This document shows, piece by piece, positions 18,848-29,841 of a stretch of DNA of 64,000 nt. Each line of letters begins with the position of its first letter. Position 1 is the stretch's first letter. A model generated the notes under the pieces. It was not told where the DNA came from. It saw only the letters and a program-made list of their open reading frames with translations, and made no database searches. Source of the stretch: an uncultured bacterium (lineage in GTDB: Bacteria; Desulfobacterota_D; UBA1144; Nemesobacterales; UBA2774); the NCBI GenBank assembly GCA_963825135.1, contig CAWGRW010000009.1, positions 960,001 through 1,024,000 of the forward strand. The letters run 5' to 3'. The position numbers were made by a program, and so were the translations under genes.

Positions 18848-20278
18848 TCATTTCTCCACTCGTATCAGCAGATCGTCATATTTCTCGGATCTCCTGTAAT
18901 AATTCCTGATTCTCGGATCTTCCGGATTTCGTATCGCGAAAGTGGAAATTACCTTCGGTTTTTGTGTGGAGATCGACTCATAAATATCATAATTATATCC
19001 GCTCGCTTTTTTTAAAGCGGCCTGACACCATGTATCGCTCACGCAGAACCATAAATAGTCCACGTCATCGCGATATAAATTAAATGAAATATATCCGTCG
19101 TAAACCTTGTCATTCTCGTCTGTGATAGATAAGACGTAATTTATTTTATCGAGCTGACTCACCTGGTTCGTGTTGTCCATCTTAAAAAAACCCTGATTGT
19201 GCATGATCGACATGGGAAGATATATCGCTCCTATAATGACAACAAATCTGCTGTACTTACTTTGGAAGACCGTATATAGCGTGTAGCTTGCGACTATTCC
19301 GAGCGGGGGGATTGCGAGCATATAATACTGTCTCCAGAGATTTTTAAACATCAGCAGGACCGCTAATAACAAGCCTATCGAGAGTATGGAGAATCTTCTA
19401 TGCTCTTTCGATTTAAGCAGCGCGGCTATGCCTATCAGATAAAGGACGCACGTAATTGTATTCTCGCGGAATGTCGCAAGCAAATATACCCACATCCCGA
19501 GCTGATGGTTGAAATAATAATTTAGGAGCCAATTCATCACGAAATATTGTTTGAACGACCCGGCAGCCATAAGATAAATATAATAAGGAGAGATACAGAG
19601 GACGAATACCGCCGCGTAGATGAGGACATCTCTCGGCCGGATGGCTCTTCCCCGCAGATCGTATAAAAACAGAACAAGTATAACGGGAATCAATGCGATG
19701 CTTTTTTGAAGGAAAAGAAACGACACAGCTAAAAACGCGGCGCTTGCCAAAAGAGGTTTCAAAGAACCCTTATCGTAGAAAACGAATAGGAAATATATTG
19801 ATAAGAGGGCCGCAAGGGTTTGAGGCACATCGGGTCTTATTTCAATCGTTTTCATGTAAAACGTCGCCACGGTTGATGTCAGGATGAGGCTGATAACCCC
19901 CACCTCGGAGTTCTTGAATATCTTCATCGACAATAAATATGTAACCATGAAAATACCGCCCGTCAGCAGCAGCATGAGGTAGCGGCCTGCGAATAACGAT
20001 TCCGTAGTGCTTCCAAAGATATAAATAACCGGGGTGAGCATATAATGCAGGAAGGGGTGGTGATGCTGAAAGAAGTCGACGTAAATTTCCTGACCCTGAA
20101 ATATTTTCCAGGCCGTATGAATATGCTCGAACTCGTCCTGATCGAATTCCCTGGATCCGGAGTAGAAGTAAATCGAGACCAGAATCCCCGCAAATACCGC
20201 CCACAGTAAAATGAGCCAGAGTCTATCCGGATAAGATTTATTCATCGAGGTCTTTGAACGGAGATCATCTGTTTTCAT
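18848..20278 (-). CDS. Multi-TM GT-C glycosyltransferase (ArnT/GT39-like)
   Basis: DQDEFEH after TM1, YVDFFQHHHP, EIRPD, many TM helices. Confidence 0.75.
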   Translation of the reverse strand: MKTDDLRSKTSMNKSYPDRLWLILLWAVFAGILVSIYFYSGSREFDQDEFEHIHTAWKIFQGQEIYVDFFQHHHPFLHYMLTPVIYIFGSTTESLFAGRYLMLLLTGGIFMVTYLLSMKIFKNSEVGVISLILTSTVATFYMKTIEIRPDVPQTLAALLSIYFLFVFYDKGSLKPLLASAAFLAVSFLFLQKSIALIPVILVLFLYDLRGRAIRPRDVLIYAAVFVLCISPYYIYLMAAGSFKQYFVMNWLLNYYFNHQLGMWVYLLATFRENTITCVLYLIGIAALLKSKEHRRFSILSIGLLLAVLLMFKNLWRQYYMLAIPPLGIVASYTLYTVFQSKYSRFVVIIGAIYLPMSIMHNQGFFKMDNTNQVSQLDKINYVLSITDENDKVYDGYISFNLYRDDVDYLWFCVSDTWCQAALKKASGYNYDIYESISTQKPKVISTFAIRNPEDPRIRNYYRRSEKYDDLLIRVEK

Positions 20279-20308
20279 ACGTAAATTAATTTCAGTGATA
20301 GAAGCCGC

Positions 20309-21740
20309 TCAGACATGTATTTCCGAGAGGCCCGTCTCGGTGATTAAAGCGGACTCCTGATATTCGTAATCCATATTAATCGCCCAGAGATTATTCCCGG
20401 CGCCGCTAACAATGTTCTCTGCAGCCAGAATACCCATTAATATGCTATGGTCCTGATTGTTATACTTAAACGACCCGTACCGGCCGATGACCGTCAATCC
20501 CGTCATTCCGCCCAGGTAATCCTCTAGAGATTTCAGGACTTTCTTATACCCGGACCTGTAGACCGGATAGCATTTATTGATACGGTAGACATAACCGTTG
20601 GTAACCGCCTCCGGCCTCACAAGACCCGCATCGGACAACTCCCTCTTGCCAAGCTCTATCAGCATGTGATCGTCCCAGGACCAGAACTCATCGGCCTCAT
20701 CGCACCAGTACTCGAGCGCCAGTATCGAGCTCTTTTCCCCGCCGTAGAGACGCGGCGACCAGTTTCTGAAATTCGTGATCCTCCCTACCCTCAGCTGCGG
20801 CGAGTGAATATAAATCCAGTTGTCGGGGAACAAATTTTCGTCCTGCACATTCAAATAGACGATAATAGTGTTCCGGAACCTCAAAGACTTCGCGGAGGCA
20901 ATCACATCCTCGCCTGCCCCCTCCAAACCGAGGACGAGCAGCGTGAGCGGCATCGTGGATACGATGTGGTCGTACTGCTTCCGTTCTCCCGTCCTTAAGC
21001 TCTATCCCCCTCGCCTCACGCCCGATATTGATAACCCTTCTGACAGGAGTATTCAGGTAAACGTTCCCGCCCTTCTCCGAAACGTAAGAAGCCATGCGCT
21101 CGTAGACCATCCCGGTGCCTTCGTCAGGGTAAGCAAACCTGTCGACGAGGGTCCTGTGCGCGTTCCCGTTTTCAATCGAGAACGCGGCCTTTAGGGCCTC
21201 GAACAGCGAGAACTTCTTGATCCTCTGGACCGCGAAGTCGGTGTCGAGCTCGCTGCATGGAATGCCCCACAACTTTTCACTGTAAGTCTTAAAGAATATC
21301 TCGTATAGCCTCCTCCCGAACCTCCTTACGACCCAGCTCTCGAAGGTCTCATCCCCGTCTCCGGGTGTTTCAGGGGCAATTTTTTCGCGAAGGTAGCTTA
21401 GGAGCGCGCGCGCAGTCTCCGCCGCGCCCAGTTTTTCGACAACGTCTATCGGCTTCAGGGGATATTGATACAGCTTGTTGTTATAAAGGATCCTGGTCAA
21501 CCGGTTTACCATCGAATAATCTCGTCCGACGACCTCGAGCCACAATTTATTCACGCGGGGGTCCTTGCTGAAAAAGCGGTGCGGTCCAAGATCGACCGTC
21601 TGGTTCCACAATGAAAACGACCTTGCGAGCCCTCCTACTGCGCCGCCCGCTTCGTATACATCAGTTTTTACGCCAGCCTTCGCAAGCTGATACGCGCAGG
21701 CGAGTCCGGCGGGACCCGCGCCTATAATTCCGACCTTCAT
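20309..21740 (-). pseudogene. FAD-dependent oxidoreductase (protoporphyrinogen oxidase/Glf-like), frameshifted near 20979
   Basis: GAGPAG and DLGPHRFF in one frame; QYDHIVSTMPL..GRYGSFKYNNQDH in another; one extra base in ACGGAAGCAG. Confidence 0.85.
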
Positions 21741-21896
21741 GTATATCCACCCATTCTCGTAAATTGATCTCCCTCGATTCTAACCGGACGCCCCGGGTCG
21801 TGATAATGAGTATCCAATTCGCACCATGCCCCCATCGCCAGTCAACGGACACATGCTCATACGTTTGTCCATCGGGACTAGAATATGAAGCAACGC

Positions 21897-22088
21897 TCAT
21901 ACAGTCAAGCGCGGGGCTGTGATCATTTCAGATCCCGGCAGCCGACCGAGGACTTCGTCGTGATAGCCGCGTATAGTCTTTTCAATAACGGCTTCCTCGT
22001 TAAATACAGGTATTACGACAGAGACAGGATGTTTTTGAAGCTTGTTGTCGGTCAAGGTCGAAGGGTTTCCCGGGCGTGCTTGTGCCAT
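21897..22088 (-). pseudogene. Truncated family-2 glycosyltransferase (N-terminus only)
   Basis: VSVVIPVFNEEAVI motif; similarity ends before the expected VDDGS motif. Confidence 0.7.
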
Positions 22089-22191
22089 TTACACTTAATG
22101 ATATGGTTACCTGTTATAAATATAATAGTAGGTCTATCCTTGTTAAACTTACTGAGTACATTCATTCTAATTCCGCGAGGGCTATTTATCA

Positions 22192-23370
22192 ATGAAGCGG
22201 TTATTCGACCTGCAGCAATGGTGTCTCGGCAGAAGCGAGTCTCTTTTTAAAGTCGCGGTTGGGCTTATGTCCCTCCTCGCTGTAACGAGAACGGCGTATC
22301 AGCTCTGGCGTCTTCTTATAGACCGGAACCCGAACGGCGCGATCGATCTCAGAAACGTCCACGAATGGGTCGATCTATGGTTCACGGGAGAACCGCTTAA
22401 AGAAATAATTTTTCTTCCCGCGACGTACGCGCTGCTATGGCCGTTTACCGGGTGGCTTTCCTTCGAAACCGCGAGATGGCTATGGGCGATTCTATATATC
22501 GCTTCTCTCCTATGGCTCGTTTATATAGTTATCGGAGAGACCGGGATCGGGAAGAAAAGGGAGATTCTGTTTGCCGCTCTATTTATATTAGCGATATACC
22601 CGACTTCGATCACTATCGGCAACGGACAGGTCATACTCTTCCTCCTTCCGGCCGTTCTGACAGCCGTTCTAATGGAGAGGGGGCCCAAAAACGGCATAGC
22701 CGGAGACATAGTCATCGCCCTCCTTTTCCTTTTTTCCTCGCTCAAGATCACCGTTACCGCGCCGTTCCTTTTAATACCGCTTATAACCAGAAGAGCATTT
22801 CGCCCTTTTATCATTGCGGCCTGCGGTTACGTAGCCGTGACATACCTTGCAATATCTTTCAGAGACGCGGGCCTGATCGAGACTTTGCGAATTTGGATTG
22901 AGGACAGCTCCGCCCTGGCGGCAGGCGGAGGGTATGCGGATATTCACATCTGGCTCGGAAGTCTCGGTCTCAAACAATTGATTTTGCCCGCCTCGCTTGT
23001 CCTGATCTCGGCTTTCTCATTATGGCTCTATGCGTTTCGTAATATAGACGTATGGATACAGCTCGGCGTTGCGGCTATCGTCGCCCGCCTCTGGACTTAT
23101 CACCGCCTTTACGACGATCTTCTGATCCTCGTTCCCGTGATTACGATTTTCAGGATAACAGGAAGCAGCCGACTCTCCCCTAACGAGCGTCTTGCAGCCG
23201 ATCTCCTTCTGCTCGTTTCCTGGCTGGGTCTGCTTTCCCCCGGGTTCTTTCTCCAGCTCAGGTTCCCTATCGGCACACTGTTCAGGGCGGGCCAGACGGC
23301 AATCTGGATATCGATGCTCGTCTTCCTTCTTTATTACTCATATAAAGCGAAACAAACCGAACCCGCCTGA
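22192..23370 (+). CDS. GT87/DUF2029-like membrane glycosyltransferase
   Basis: Polytopic; GAIDL, GNGQ, TYHRLYD motifs. Confidence 0.7.
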   Translation: MKRLFDLQQWCLGRSESLFKVAVGLMSLLAVTRTAYQLWRLLIDRNPNGAIDLRNVHEWVDLWFTGEPLKEIIFLPATYALLWPFTGWLSFETARWLWAILYIASLLWLVYIVIGETGIGKKREILFAALFILAIYPTSITIGNGQVILFLLPAVLTAVLMERGPKNGIAGDIVIALLFLFSSLKITVTAPFLLIPLITRRAFRPFIIAACGYVAVTYLAISFRDAGLIETLRIWIEDSSALAAGGGYADIHIWLGSLGLKQLILPASLVLISAFSLWLYAFRNIDVWIQLGVAAIVARLWTYHRLYDDLLILVPVITIFRITGSSRLSPNERLAADLLLLVSWLGLLSPGFFLQLRFPIGTLFRAGQTAIWISMLVFLLYYSYKAKQTEPA

Positions 23371-23445
23371 CCGCAAGTCCGTGAGCTTGACAATAATCCT
23401 GCATTGTATGGACATAATTCGAGAGACGATTTATATTCCGAAGAA

Positions 23446-23480
23446 GGCTGCCTGTCGTCTCCGACAGGCAGCCATTTATT
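23446..23480. terminator. Hairpin terminator between convergent genes
   Basis: GGCTGCCTGTCG-TCTC-CGACAGGCAGCC, perfect 12-bp stem. Confidence 0.8.
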
Positions 23481-23498
23481 CAGGTCTGAGTTTCTTCT

Positions 23499-26400
23499 CT
23501 ACAATCCGACCGGACATACGGGGGCGGTGCAGAACACCGGCTTCGGCGGATTCGAGTCCTGGCAGCTTCCTGCAATGTTCTGTCCCACCGGGCTGAAGTT
23601 CACGTTCCAGTCGGAGTCGTCCGGGAAGCAGCACGGGGCCGGAGGAGGCAATGGCGCCGCCGGGGGATCTGTCGGCAGCTTGAAAGAAAATCCGACACAG
23701 CCGCCCTCGGGACAATCGACGGCCCTCACTGCCCAGCTGCATACATTGTTTTTATTGTCACCCTCCTGCTTCGTGCACTCAGCGTAGAGGTCCGGGTTGC
23801 TGGTCTTTAACTGATCCGAGCATCCGCATGAACCCGTTGAGGCCGAACCGGTCCACGTACAGAAGCTCTCCGGCTTACATCTATCCATTTTGGCGTTTTC
23901 GAACTTTGTTTTGAAATCGGCCAGATCCACCGTTACCTCCACGATTCCCGTCGAGGGGTCGTCTTTATACCATTTTCTGACCCATTTACCGGGCCAGTCT
24001 ATAGATTCAACGTCAAGCGGACGGCTCTTTTTAAGAGGTGAGCTTATTCCGTTTACGTCCTTCGCGGGGTCGAACCCGTTCCCGACGGGTATAAGGTACG
24101 TCTGTTTCGTGGTGTCCTTGGCGAATATGAGGAGTATATAATACGTCTCATTACCCTTAAAGACATTAAAAGTGGGCTTCTGGCCTCCCGCAACCTGCAG
24201 TCCTGCCAGTTGATTCGCTTGTGAAACGGTCGTATCGATATAATAAACCCCGTTGTTTGCCGTCAGGTTGCTCCGCTGGAAGAAATTCATACCCATCATG
24301 CGGATTTGCGCGCCCGATTTGTTGGCCGCTTCATTCTTTGTAAGCAACTGTCTGTAAAGCGGGACTCCGTAACAGAATGAGCTCCCGCAATCGCCGCCCC
24401 AGAACGCGCCTTCCAGATTGCACGAGTTATCCTTGTTCGGTATTTTGGCGCAGTTGTCATCGATTGCGCAGGATTTGCCGTCTATGCGGCAGTGTCCCCC
24501 GCAGTCCCCTTTCTCGACACAGCCCGGATACACCACGGTCGTCACGTAGTCGTAAGGACTCGTTCTGGCCGTCTCTTCGGACTGGCACTCGAGAGTTTCC
24601 GTCGGAGCGTTAAAGAACGGATCCTCGTTTACGGAGATCGTATTCTTTAGACCGGTGAGCGAGCCGTCGTCGTCGTTGAGTATTGTCTGCCTGTCTATGG
24701 CCGAGAAATTACCGAACGATCCCCCGACGCCTTCAGGATTGTTAAGCGAGAAGGTGCAGTAGTTCGTCTTGACGCGGGAGTCGTCGCTCTGAAACGCAAA
24801 TTTGCCGCCCTGTACGAACAACGGCTCTATTACGAAGTGGCGTATATCGACGGTGTTTCGGAAGTACAGGTTCGCCGAGTGGAATGCCGGGGGGTAGTAA
24901 AAGCCGTTCGGCTGCTTCCACGCAATCGCCGCGTTCGGCAGATAGCACTGATTCTTCTTTTTATCATAGGGCATGAGCGGCACCCTGCCGTACATCGACT
25001 TACTCGACGAACAGCTCCCCCGCCCGACCGTGCAGTCGTCTACAACATACTTTTTTATATCGAAAAACGCGTTCGAGTCTTCAAAGCTGGGCCCGTCGTA
25101 GATATTAAACATTCTCTGGTTGTTCGCGAAATTGGACAGCGGTATGCTAACCCCCTCGTCCCTGAGGAAACAGTAATTACCGACAGGCTGGCCGTTGGTG
25201 AGGAGAGCGCATGTGAGAGGCGAGTTCTTATTGACAGGGCCTGCGGCTGACGCAAAATAGGCGCTATCCGGCTGTGTTTGACCGATAAAGACGTTTTGCC
25301 TCGCGAGCTGCCACTGTCCTGGATAGAAGTTAGATTCCGTATAGTCCCCGCCCGTCACGAATGTCAGGCCCGCGTTTTGCACGTCCGATATCACGCTGTT
25401 TATTACGAGATACCACCGCGGGCGTAGCCATATAGCCGAGAAATTCGTCTCGGCCCAGTTAAACGCACTCGTAAACCTGTCTAGAACCGCAACCATGCAA
25501 TTCTTTCGGTCAGTCGGGGTGCAGACAGGGGCCGAACTGCAGTCCGCCAGGTCGCACTTCGTCGGATTATGACCACCTGAAACCTTGGGATAATACTTCT
25601 CGGCCTCCCCACGGTTAGGCGCAGGTGAAAGGTTGCCCACAGTTACAGGCTGGAAAACAGGAGATATGGGATCCAGGGGACCGCCGACGCCGTTACAACT
25701 GCTGATGTCCTGAATGGAATTAAATGCGTTCATCGCCGACACGCAGTAGTTCCCCTTGAAGTTCTTGAGCGGCGTAATGCCCGCCCTGGCCAAATTACTC
25801 TGCTGCGATGCGTATCCTTCCCACTTCTGATCCTGCGACATGCCGCTTATCGCGCCCGGCAGCCACCAGTAGCATATTCCGCATGCGTTGGCGCCTGCCG
25901 CCATGTTGTATTCGAAATCGTTCCATCCGTTCATTATCCAGAACACAGCGGGCTGGGCGTAATCGCTGTGGTAGGGGACGTCCGTGGTAACTTCCTTGTT
26001 TGCGGTATATGCCAGGATTCCCGGAACCTCGCGGGGATTCTGTGCGTTTTTAATCGCGGCCCGGGCGAATATGCCTATATTCGAATATAGCTTATTGTCA
26101 GTCTCCGTCCCGTCCTCGAGGTAGTATCCGTGCCCTATGGACTTCCAGCCCACGTTCCTTGCGATTATCGCGTTCTGTGTGCCGTGGAGTGTAATCCACC
26201 TGGTCATGGATTCGTTTATCGAGCTGTCTTTTACGAACGTATTGGCCGGCGTCTTCCGCATGAGGTGCAGGTGAACGGGGTAGCGTCCTTTCCGTCCCCC
26301 CTGGCCCAGCTGGTAGAACTCGACGCCCTGTACCTGTACCTGCTTGATCCCCTGCCTGAACATCGTCTGTCCGCCGTAATAGCCTGTGGGAAAGCAGTCG

Positions 26401-28433
26401 AATTTACACTTCTTGCCCGCTTCAGTCGTCGGAATGCTGTCCCCGGCCGACACAATACGGATGCTGCGCGTGAGGAGCGCGACTGCCGCACGCGTCTCGG
26501 CGAGCGCCTTCCCGTTATCGGCCCCTCCGTTGGCGAGCTTTATATTCAGCTGAAGCCTCGCGAGATCGCCGCCGTTAAAGTTGAAGTTATCGTCAGGGTA
26601 CAGGTCCCCGTTGTGCGCCCATTTGAGACCGCACTTGCCGACATCGGGGTTATCGGTAACACAGCCGGCCGGCGGCAGATTCGTTGCGGGGTCCACGATA
26701 GTAATCCTGAGCTTTCTCGGGCCCTCTTTCTTTACGATTTGAAGCTCCTCGGAATGCCCGGGAAGATAGTCGGTTGTGGTGATAACTATCCTGTCGCCGG
26801 CCTCCCAGTCGACGTCACGGTCGAGAAAGATGAGGGTTTTCGTCGCGTCTTTGTCGTTCTTTAGCCTGACCCAGCTTGTCCCCGAATCATAGTTCTGAAT
26901 ATTGCTCCCGTATTTCGCGCCTTTCTTGCCTAAGAGCTGGATAGTCCCGCCGAATGAAACCGCAAGCACCTTCCTTCCGAAAAAGCCCGTTTCGCCCTGG
27001 GTGTTATCGTGATTCATGTATTGATAAAATCGATCCGTAACGCCTCCTGGGAGACTAACCGGGGATCCCCCTTTCGAATCCCACGCGGTCTTATCTATAC
27101 CGCAGGGTATATCGGAGCTCTGAAGCGGAGACTGGCATTGGATACCCTCCTTATCGTTGTCGCTTCCGTAGAGGTGGATGGTCAGGACTCCTCCATTGGT
27201 CCCGAAAGGCTGGTTCGTGCCTGCCAATAATGATCCCTCATTCTCAACCAGTATCGATTTCGCCCAGAAATGCGTCTCGCCGCCGGCATCGGTAAAAAAT
27301 AGTACGCCGTTTTTTATAATGTTTACGTTCTTATAGAGGAATACGCCCGAAGGCACATCGCATCTAGCCGATATCAGGAGGTCCTTGGTGCCGTCTCCCG
27401 GCATGAGTTTGCCCGTCTGGCATGTATCCGCATCGGCGTCCAGTTCGGCCCCGGGCTCGGCTTCGTTCCCCGTAACTATTTCATTTCGCTCCGAGCTCGC
27501 GACAAACGTCCCGGTCATATTCGCTCCGGTTGTGTTCGCGCCCATCATATCCGCATTCTCCAGGATAGCCGAGGTCAAATCGGCGTCCGCGAGGTCGGAG
27601 TTTATGAGTACCGCGTTCGTGAGGTCGGCCCCCGCCAGTGTAGCCCCGGTAAGGTTCGCCCCCGTGAGGTCAGCGTTCCTGAGTTCCGCCCCCTTCAGAT
27701 TGGCCCCGCTCAGGTTCGCGTTTGCGAGTATAGCGTCGTTGAGCTTCGCCCCCTCGAGGTCGACACCCCTGAGGTCCGCATTATAGAGGTTCGCTCCCGA
27801 CAGGTCGCACCCTATGCACTTATCCGTATTGAGGAACGTCGATACATTATTCAATGTCTCGTCTGAAGCCGTGCTCAGCGTCGATTTGCCGCTCTCGGGA
27901 ACTATAAATACCGCTACGTTCTTCTCCGTCTCCTGGTCGTGATAGACCCTCATCTCGTAATCCCCGGGCTCTACCACCCCCGTCGCGCACTCCCCGTTCG
28001 CCTTTACTTGCAGCGTCTCGACTCCCTCGTCGTTGACGAGCACCATGTAATGCCCCGCGCTCTTGTTATCGTCTTCCCAGCAGAAGGTCTGCTCCATGGA
28101 CTTCTCGTACCTGTATGGGATTATGTCGTACCCCTTGCCTCCGGTGTCCTTATCGAGGACGTTGCAGTCAGCGGACTCGAGCAGTACGGCCACTATGTCC
28201 TCGTCGGGCAGGGCGACGAGGCCCGGGTCCGTCACGAAGTCGTTCTCCGTCCGCACGCTCAGGGAATCGTTAGAACTGCCCTTGACCGGATTGTTAAACC
28301 GGGAAGGACCTAATATTAAGAAAATCGCTATTAAGGGAATAATGAAGAAAAGAAGAGGGACGTACTTTCTGGACTTGTCACGGCGAGTATCCTCCTTCAG
28401 AGTTTTAGCCGGTTCTGATTGGAATCCCCCCAA
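23499..28433 (-). CDS. Large membrane-anchored protein: TM + pentapeptide repeats + G8 domain + parallel beta-helix (TMEM2/CEMIP/fibrocystin-like), Cys-rich C-terminus
   Basis: A(D/N)LxG repeats; DWEAGDRIVITTTDY, GRYPVHLH, GHGYYLEDG; TTG start uncertain. Confidence 0.8.
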   Translation of the reverse strand: MGGFQSEPAKTLKEDTRRDKSRKYVPLLFFIIPLIAIFLILGPSRFNNPVKGSSNDSLSVRTENDFVTDPGLVALPDEDIVAVLLESADCNVLDKDTGGKGYDIIPYRYEKSMEQTFCWEDDNKSAGHYMVLVNDEGVETLQVKANGECATGVVEPGDYEMRVYHDQETEKNVAVFIVPESGKSTLSTASDETLNNVSTFLNTDKCIGCDLSGANLYNADLRGVDLEGAKLNDAILANANLSGANLKGAELRNADLTGANLTGATLAGADLTNAVLINSDLADADLTSAILENADMMGANTTGANMTGTFVASSERNEIVTGNEAEPGAELDADADTCQTGKLMPGDGTKDLLISARCDVPSGVFLYKNVNIIKNGVLFFTDAGGETHFWAKSILVENEGSLLAGTNQPFGTNGGVLTIHLYGSDNDKEGIQCQSPLQSSDIPCGIDKTAWDSKGGSPVSLPGGVTDRFYQYMNHDNTQGETGFFGRKVLAVSFGGTIQLLGKKGAKYGSNIQNYDSGTSWVRLKNDKDATKTLIFLDRDVDWEAGDRIVITTTDYLPGHSEELQIVKKEGPRKLRITIVDPATNLPPAGCVTDNPDVGKCGLKWAHNGDLYPDDNFNFNGGDLARLQLNIKLANGGADNGKALAETRAAVALLTRSIRIVSAGDSIPTTEAGKKCKFDCFPTGYYGGQTMFRQGIKQVQVQGVEFYQLGQGGRKGRYPVHLHLMRKTPANTFVKDSSINESMTRWITLHGTQNAIIARNVGWKSIGHGYYLEDGTETDNKLYSNIGIFARAAIKNAQNPREVPGILAYTANKEVTTDVPYHSDYAQPAVFWIMNGWNDFEYNMAAGANACGICYWWLPGAISGMSQDQKWEGYASQQSNLARAGITPLKNFKGNYCVSAMNAFNSIQDISSCNGVGGPLDPISPVFQPVTVGNLSPAPNRGEAEKYYPKVSGGHNPTKCDLADCSSAPVCTPTDRKNCMVAVLDRFTSAFNWAETNFSAIWLRPRWYLVINSVISDVQNAGLTFVTGGDYTESNFYPGQWQLARQNVFIGQTQPDSAYFASAAGPVNKNSPLTCALLTNGQPVGNYCFLRDEGVSIPLSNFANNQRMFNIYDGPSFEDSNAFFDIKKYVVDDCTVGRGSCSSSKSMYGRVPLMPYDKKKNQCYLPNAAIAWKQPNGFYYPPAFHSANLYFRNTVDIRHFVIEPLFVQGGKFAFQSDDSRVKTNYCTFSLNNPEGVGGSFGNFSAIDRQTILNDDDGSLTGLKNTISVNEDPFFNAPTETLECQSEETARTSPYDYVTTVVYPGCVEKGDCGGHCRIDGKSCAIDDNCAKIPNKDNSCNLEGAFWGGDCGSSFCYGVPLYRQLLTKNEAANKSGAQIRMMGMNFFQRSNLTANNGVYYIDTTVSQANQLAGLQVAGGQKPTFNVFKGNETYYILLIFAKDTTKQTYLIPVGNGFDPAKDVNGISSPLKKSRPLDVESIDWPGKWVRKWYKDDPSTGIVEVTVDLADFKTKFENAKMDRCKPESFCTWTGSASTGSCGCSDQLKTSNPDLYAECTKQEGDNKNNVCSWAVRAVDCPEGGCVGFSFKLPTDPPAAPLPPPAPCCFPDDSDWNVNFSPVGQNIAGSCQDSNPPKPVFCTAPVCPVGL

Positions 28434-28556
28434 ACTAATACGATATTGTAAGCTTATGTTTCGACGAAGTCAATAATTCTAGCACAAATACCCAATTATT
28501 AATCCGAATGATAAACGGTGCGGTTCTTAATCGTGAATCGTGAGTCTGATAAATGT

Positions 28557-28730
28557 TCATTCGCGGGAGCGAATTCTATTCCGTGTATTAACACTTGTTC
28601 CCCATATTAAATAGCGAGGGTATAAGGGAGTAGACAAGTTTCAGTCGGCCAGCCCTCCTCTAGTGCTTCCGTCACCGGCAAGCGCGCAATTGCTGCCGGA
28701 TCCCTCGGCGCTGCCGCCGCCATGACAGTG
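28557..28730 (-). pseudogene. Possible remnant of a Cys-containing C-terminal sorting-signal gene tail
   Basis: GGGSAEGSGSNCALAGDG then LVYSLIPSLF and RNRIRSR in shifted frames; resembles the tail of 42319-43734. Confidence 0.4.
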
Positions 28731-28756
28731 CGGAAGTATGAGCGGATGTCGCGGTA

Positions 28757-29122
28757 TTACTCCGGCGGGGATTTCGCCCTCGCTCTCCTCTCCCTCCTCT
28801 TCTTCTGCTTCCGGAGCTTCTCCCTCTTGATGTCCTCCGGGGACGGCTTGCCGGATACGCTCTCCTCGATCCTCGAGACCAGCGCCCTCCGCGCGAGAAA
28901 CCTGTTGAGCCCCTGGGAGCGCTCTTTGTCCGCCCTGACCATAATGCCCGTCGGGATATGCTTCAGCCGGACACATGTGGAAACCTTGTTGACGTTTTGT
29001 CCGCCGGGCCCGCCCGATTTGAGAAACGTCTCCTCCAGGTCCTTTTCCCGGATACCCAGCTCCGCCATCCTGTCTTTCAGGGCTTTTTCCTTCTCCGGTC
29101 TCACGCCGAATTTGCTGGTCAT
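28757..29122 (-). CDS. Peptide chain release factor-like protein (ArfB/YaeJ-type)
   Basis: [15 protein letters not shown], basic C-terminal tail. Confidence 0.88.
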   Translation of the reverse strand: MTSKFGVRPEKEKALKDRMAELGIREKDLEETFLKSGGPGGQNVNKVSTCVRLKHIPTGIMVRADKERSQGLNRFLARRALVSRIEESVSGKPSPEDIKREKLRKQKKRRERRARAKSPPE

Positions 29123-29226
29123 CTTGTTTCAGGCTCTAACAGATCAGGGTTTCCCCAGGGCAATAGCGCAGACCGGCAAATTTCTATATTATTATGACAG
29201 CCGGTTGGGAAATCTCTTAAGCCGAT

Positions 29227-29436
29227 CTATTCCTGGTCGAGCAGGGTCTTCTCCTGGTTCTCGAGGAGCTTCGACCTGTCTTCCTTGAGCTTTCTTACAT
29301 TTTTTGTCGTATGAACCATCTCCTGCAGATAGGAAGTCGAGGATTCGCGCTTTTCCCCGAGATGTCCTAAAAGCTTCGATATGCCGAAAACTGCTAAAAT
29401 AACAATGATAATTCCGACCGCGGTCTTCCAGCTCAT
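29227..29436 (-). CDS. Small single-TM hypothetical protein
   Basis: 69 aa; N-terminal hydrophobic helix and charged tail. Confidence 0.6.
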   Translation of the reverse strand: MSWKTAVGIIIVILAVFGISKLLGHLGEKRESSTSYLQEMVHTTKNVRKLKEDRSKLLENQEKTLLDQE

Positions 29437-29529
29437 ATTCGAAGTATAGGTATCTGTTCCACACTTTACAACATGCCGTGCGGCTGCACGTTTCTTGAAA
29501 GGGGACTAAAAACATTTATACTAACCTCG

Positions 29530-29766
29530 ATGGATCCGAAGGAAATCAGAGTTATGATAGAGGCCGGAATGCCCGGCTCCTCCGTCGATGTGGACGGGGA
29601 CGGTACGCATTTCGAAGCGGTAATCGTTTCGGGCGCGTTTAACGGGAAGACTCTGCTCGAGCGCCATCAGATGGTATATAAAGCCCTGGGCGACGCGATG
29701 AAGGAGAGGATTCATGCGCTATCACTCAAGACCTACACCCCCGATCAGTGGGAAAAAATGAAATAG
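29530..29766 (+). CDS. BolA family protein
   Basis: GDGTHF, RHQMVY, IHALSLKT; ATG at 29530. Confidence 0.92.
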   Translation: MDPKEIRVMIEAGMPGSSVDVDGDGTHFEAVIVSGAFNGKTLLERHQMVYKALGDAMKERIHALSLKTYTPDQWEKMK

Positions 29767-29841
29767 AGGCCAAAGCGCATGGACCTATCGGATCAAGTCC
29801 GGTTGTAGCATGCGTGTACAGACATCAGGAGGCACAAGAAT

